Translations under genes and position numbers: made by a program
In this document: one piece after another, positions 62,622-64,000 of the stretch
Numbering within the stretch: the first letter of the stretch is position 1
How the letters are laid out: each line of letters begins with the position of its first letter
Origin: an uncultured Pseudomonadota bacterium
Lineage (GTDB): Bacteria > Oederibacteriota > Muellerivitia > Muellerivitales > Muellerivitaceae
NCBI GenBank assembly: GCA_963843375.1
Contig: CAWJKT010000009.1
Location: 32,001-96,000, forward strand
DNA: 64,000 nt
Direction of reading: 5' to 3'
The notes under the pieces: generated by a model
Database searches by the model: none
What the model saw: the letters and a program-made list of their open reading frames with translations, nothing else
Told to the model about the DNA's origin: nothing

Positions 62622-62668
62622 AGGTTAAAAGGCTTACAAGGGGCATCTTTGAAATGGCAGGTTAAGAG

Positions 62669-63466
62669 GTGTTTATGAAGAATCTTGGTAAAGAATTATT
62701 GGTAATAGTGGGCCTGATAGCCGCCTTTATGATTTCAGAAAATTTGTTGGGCCGGATTCTCTTTCATTTTTCGCTTATTTCTATCGCTACCGACCAATTT
62801 GATATTCATTGGAATAATCTTTGGCTTCATAGTTGCTGGTCGACGATCGGCTTGATCTCAACGGTTTGCTATGCCTCATGGCTATTGAAGCTGAACCTCT
62901 GGAAAACAGTTCAGTTTCTGGGCGTTAAAGCTTTTAACTCCCAACAAGTGCTCGTAGGGGTTTTAGCCGCTTTGCCAATATTGGCTGTTCACTGGATATC
63001 CCTTCAATTTTATTCTCAGCCGGGAGTTGGGTTACGTTCAAACTGGGCACCTTATCTAGCTTATACAATTATCGGTGCCGGCTTTTTTGAGGAATTAACC
63101 TTTAGGGGTATGTTTTTTCAGTATTTTCGAAAAAACCATTCTTTCATGGTGGCTGCAACCCTTTCCGGAATTTTTTGGAGTTTGATGCATCTGTACATGT
63201 CCTCTCAGCTGGGAGACATTTGGGTCTCAATGGTTTTGGCTTTCGTGCTAGCTTTTCCGGCGGCTTATTTATTTGAAAAAGGCGGTATGGTGGTTTGGGG
63301 TTGGATGATCGTGCATTTAAGTGTCGACTCGACGCAACTTTTTATAAATCCGAATGGTTCTAGTTACTCGGATCAATGGATTCTGGGTCTCGTCGCGCTG
63401 ATAGTATCCGTGATTATCACCTTTCCTTTAGCGAATTGGATTTTGAAACCGGCTAAATTCAAATAA
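62669..63466 (+). CDS. CPBP/Abi family intramembrane metalloprotease
   Basis: EELTFRG, F.L.H, H...D motifs. Confidence 0.88.
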   Translation: MFMKNLGKELLVIVGLIAAFMISENLLGRILFHFSLISIATDQFDIHWNNLWLHSCWSTIGLISTVCYASWLLKLNLWKTVQFLGVKAFNSQQVLVGVLAALPILAVHWISLQFYSQPGVGLRSNWAPYLAYTIIGAGFFEELTFRGMFFQYFRKNHSFMVAATLSGIFWSLMHLYMSSQLGDIWVSMVLAFVLAFPAAYLFEKGGMVVWGWMIVHLSVDSTQLFINPNGSSYSDQWILGLVALIVSVIITFPLANWILKPAKFK

Positions 63467-63470
63467 AGAT

Positions 63471-63498
63471 TGTCCACGACGGGGACCCGCGTTGGACA
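63471..63498. repeat. 28-bp 11-6-11 putative recombination site
   Basis: tgtccacgacg-gggacc-cgcgttggaca. Confidence 0.8.
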
Positions 63499-63595
63499 AT
63501 AAAAATCCCTTTTAAACCTAATCCTTCTATTGCGCTTCGGACGAAGCGCAGCGGGTATTAACCCTTTTCTTTTTTTGACACGTTGGCAATTTTAC

Positions 63596-63621
63596 TTGAC
63601 CTATTACGCACCTCGTAATAG
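63596..63621 (+). promoter_or_regulatory. higBA promoter/operator
   Basis: TTGAC followed by palindrome CTATTACG-cacct-CGTAATAG. Confidence 0.7.
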
Positions 63622-63629
63622 CATGGCTT

Positions 63630-63908
63630 ATGATTCGAACTTTTCGAGATAAAGAGGTTGAAGCCCTTTTTCTGGACAATGTTGTTCCGCGTTTTAGGAA
63701 TATTGAACGTGTTGCCCGGAGGAAACTTCTCTACTTGAACGCCGCGAAAAGACTCGAGGATTTACGGATGCCGCCGGGCAATCAGTTGGAGGCGCTGAAA
63801 GGTGATCGGAAAGGCCAGCACAGCATCCGCGTCAACGACCAATGGAGAATTTGTTTTACCTGGCACGAAGGTGAAGCGGTAAATGTTGAAATAGTCGACT
63901 ATCACTGA
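63630..63908 (+). CDS. higB: HigB toxin
   Basis: MIRTF...PPGNQLEALKGDRKGQHSIRVNDQWRICF...VDYH. Confidence 0.95.
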   Translation: MIRTFRDKEVEALFLDNVVPRFRNIERVARRKLLYLNAAKRLEDLRMPPGNQLEALKGDRKGQHSIRVNDQWRICFTWHEGEAVNVEIVDYH

Positions 63909-63914
63909 GGTGAC

Positions 63915-64000
63915 ATGATGAACACAAAAGCAAAAAAAATGGACCCGATCCATCCTGGGGAAGTGCTTTTAGAGGAATTTATGAAACCGATGGGTATCAG
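63915..64000 (+). CDS. higA: HigA antitoxin, 5' part
   Basis: MMNTKAKKMDPIHPGEVLLEEFMKPMGI. Confidence 0.9.
   Translation, partial: MMNTKAKKMDPIHPGEVLLEEFMKPMGI

Noticed and set aside
61306..63498. 28-bp repeats as a CRISPR array or integron attC sites
   Set aside because: Spacing is 0.9-1.3 kb with whole genes between; no cas genes; no RYYYAAC/GTTRRRY ends and too short for attC.

Overview
The window looks like a tandem array of related integrative elements at a tRNA-Thr(TGT) 3' fragment. A tyrosine integrase 3' end (3-290) is followed by a ~205 bp att-like unit (359-563) that recurs almost exactly at 57490-57695. Between the two copies lies a ~57 kb cargo island. It carries a XylR/V4R-type sigma54 activator, five well-spaced sigma54 promoters sharing a putative enhancer motif, and a long glycogen-breakdown/phosphoketolase/pentose-phosphate/stress gene run (glgP, glgX, malQ, ackA, xfp, katE, aldehyde and alcohol dehydrogenases, nnr, class I aldolase, P-type H+-ATPase, ppk2, rpiB, pgi, pgm, tkt, tal, gnd, frameshifted zwf). 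It also holds duplicated small membrane/secreted proteins and a caa3 oxidase plus Rieske/cytochrome b-c operon. After the second att copy come a fragmented coupling protein, a relaxase-like gene and toxin-antitoxin genes. Single cargo genes there are separated by a 28-bp 11-6-11 site (TGTCCA-N16-TGGACA) whose conserved arm alternates sides, resembling pdif modules but with a non-dif sequence. The most novel-looking signals are this cassette-like site array, the self-contained sigma54 regulon, and a DUF2934-like module found both free and fused to MalQ and the H+-ATPase. All family assignments come from motif recognition, not database searches.
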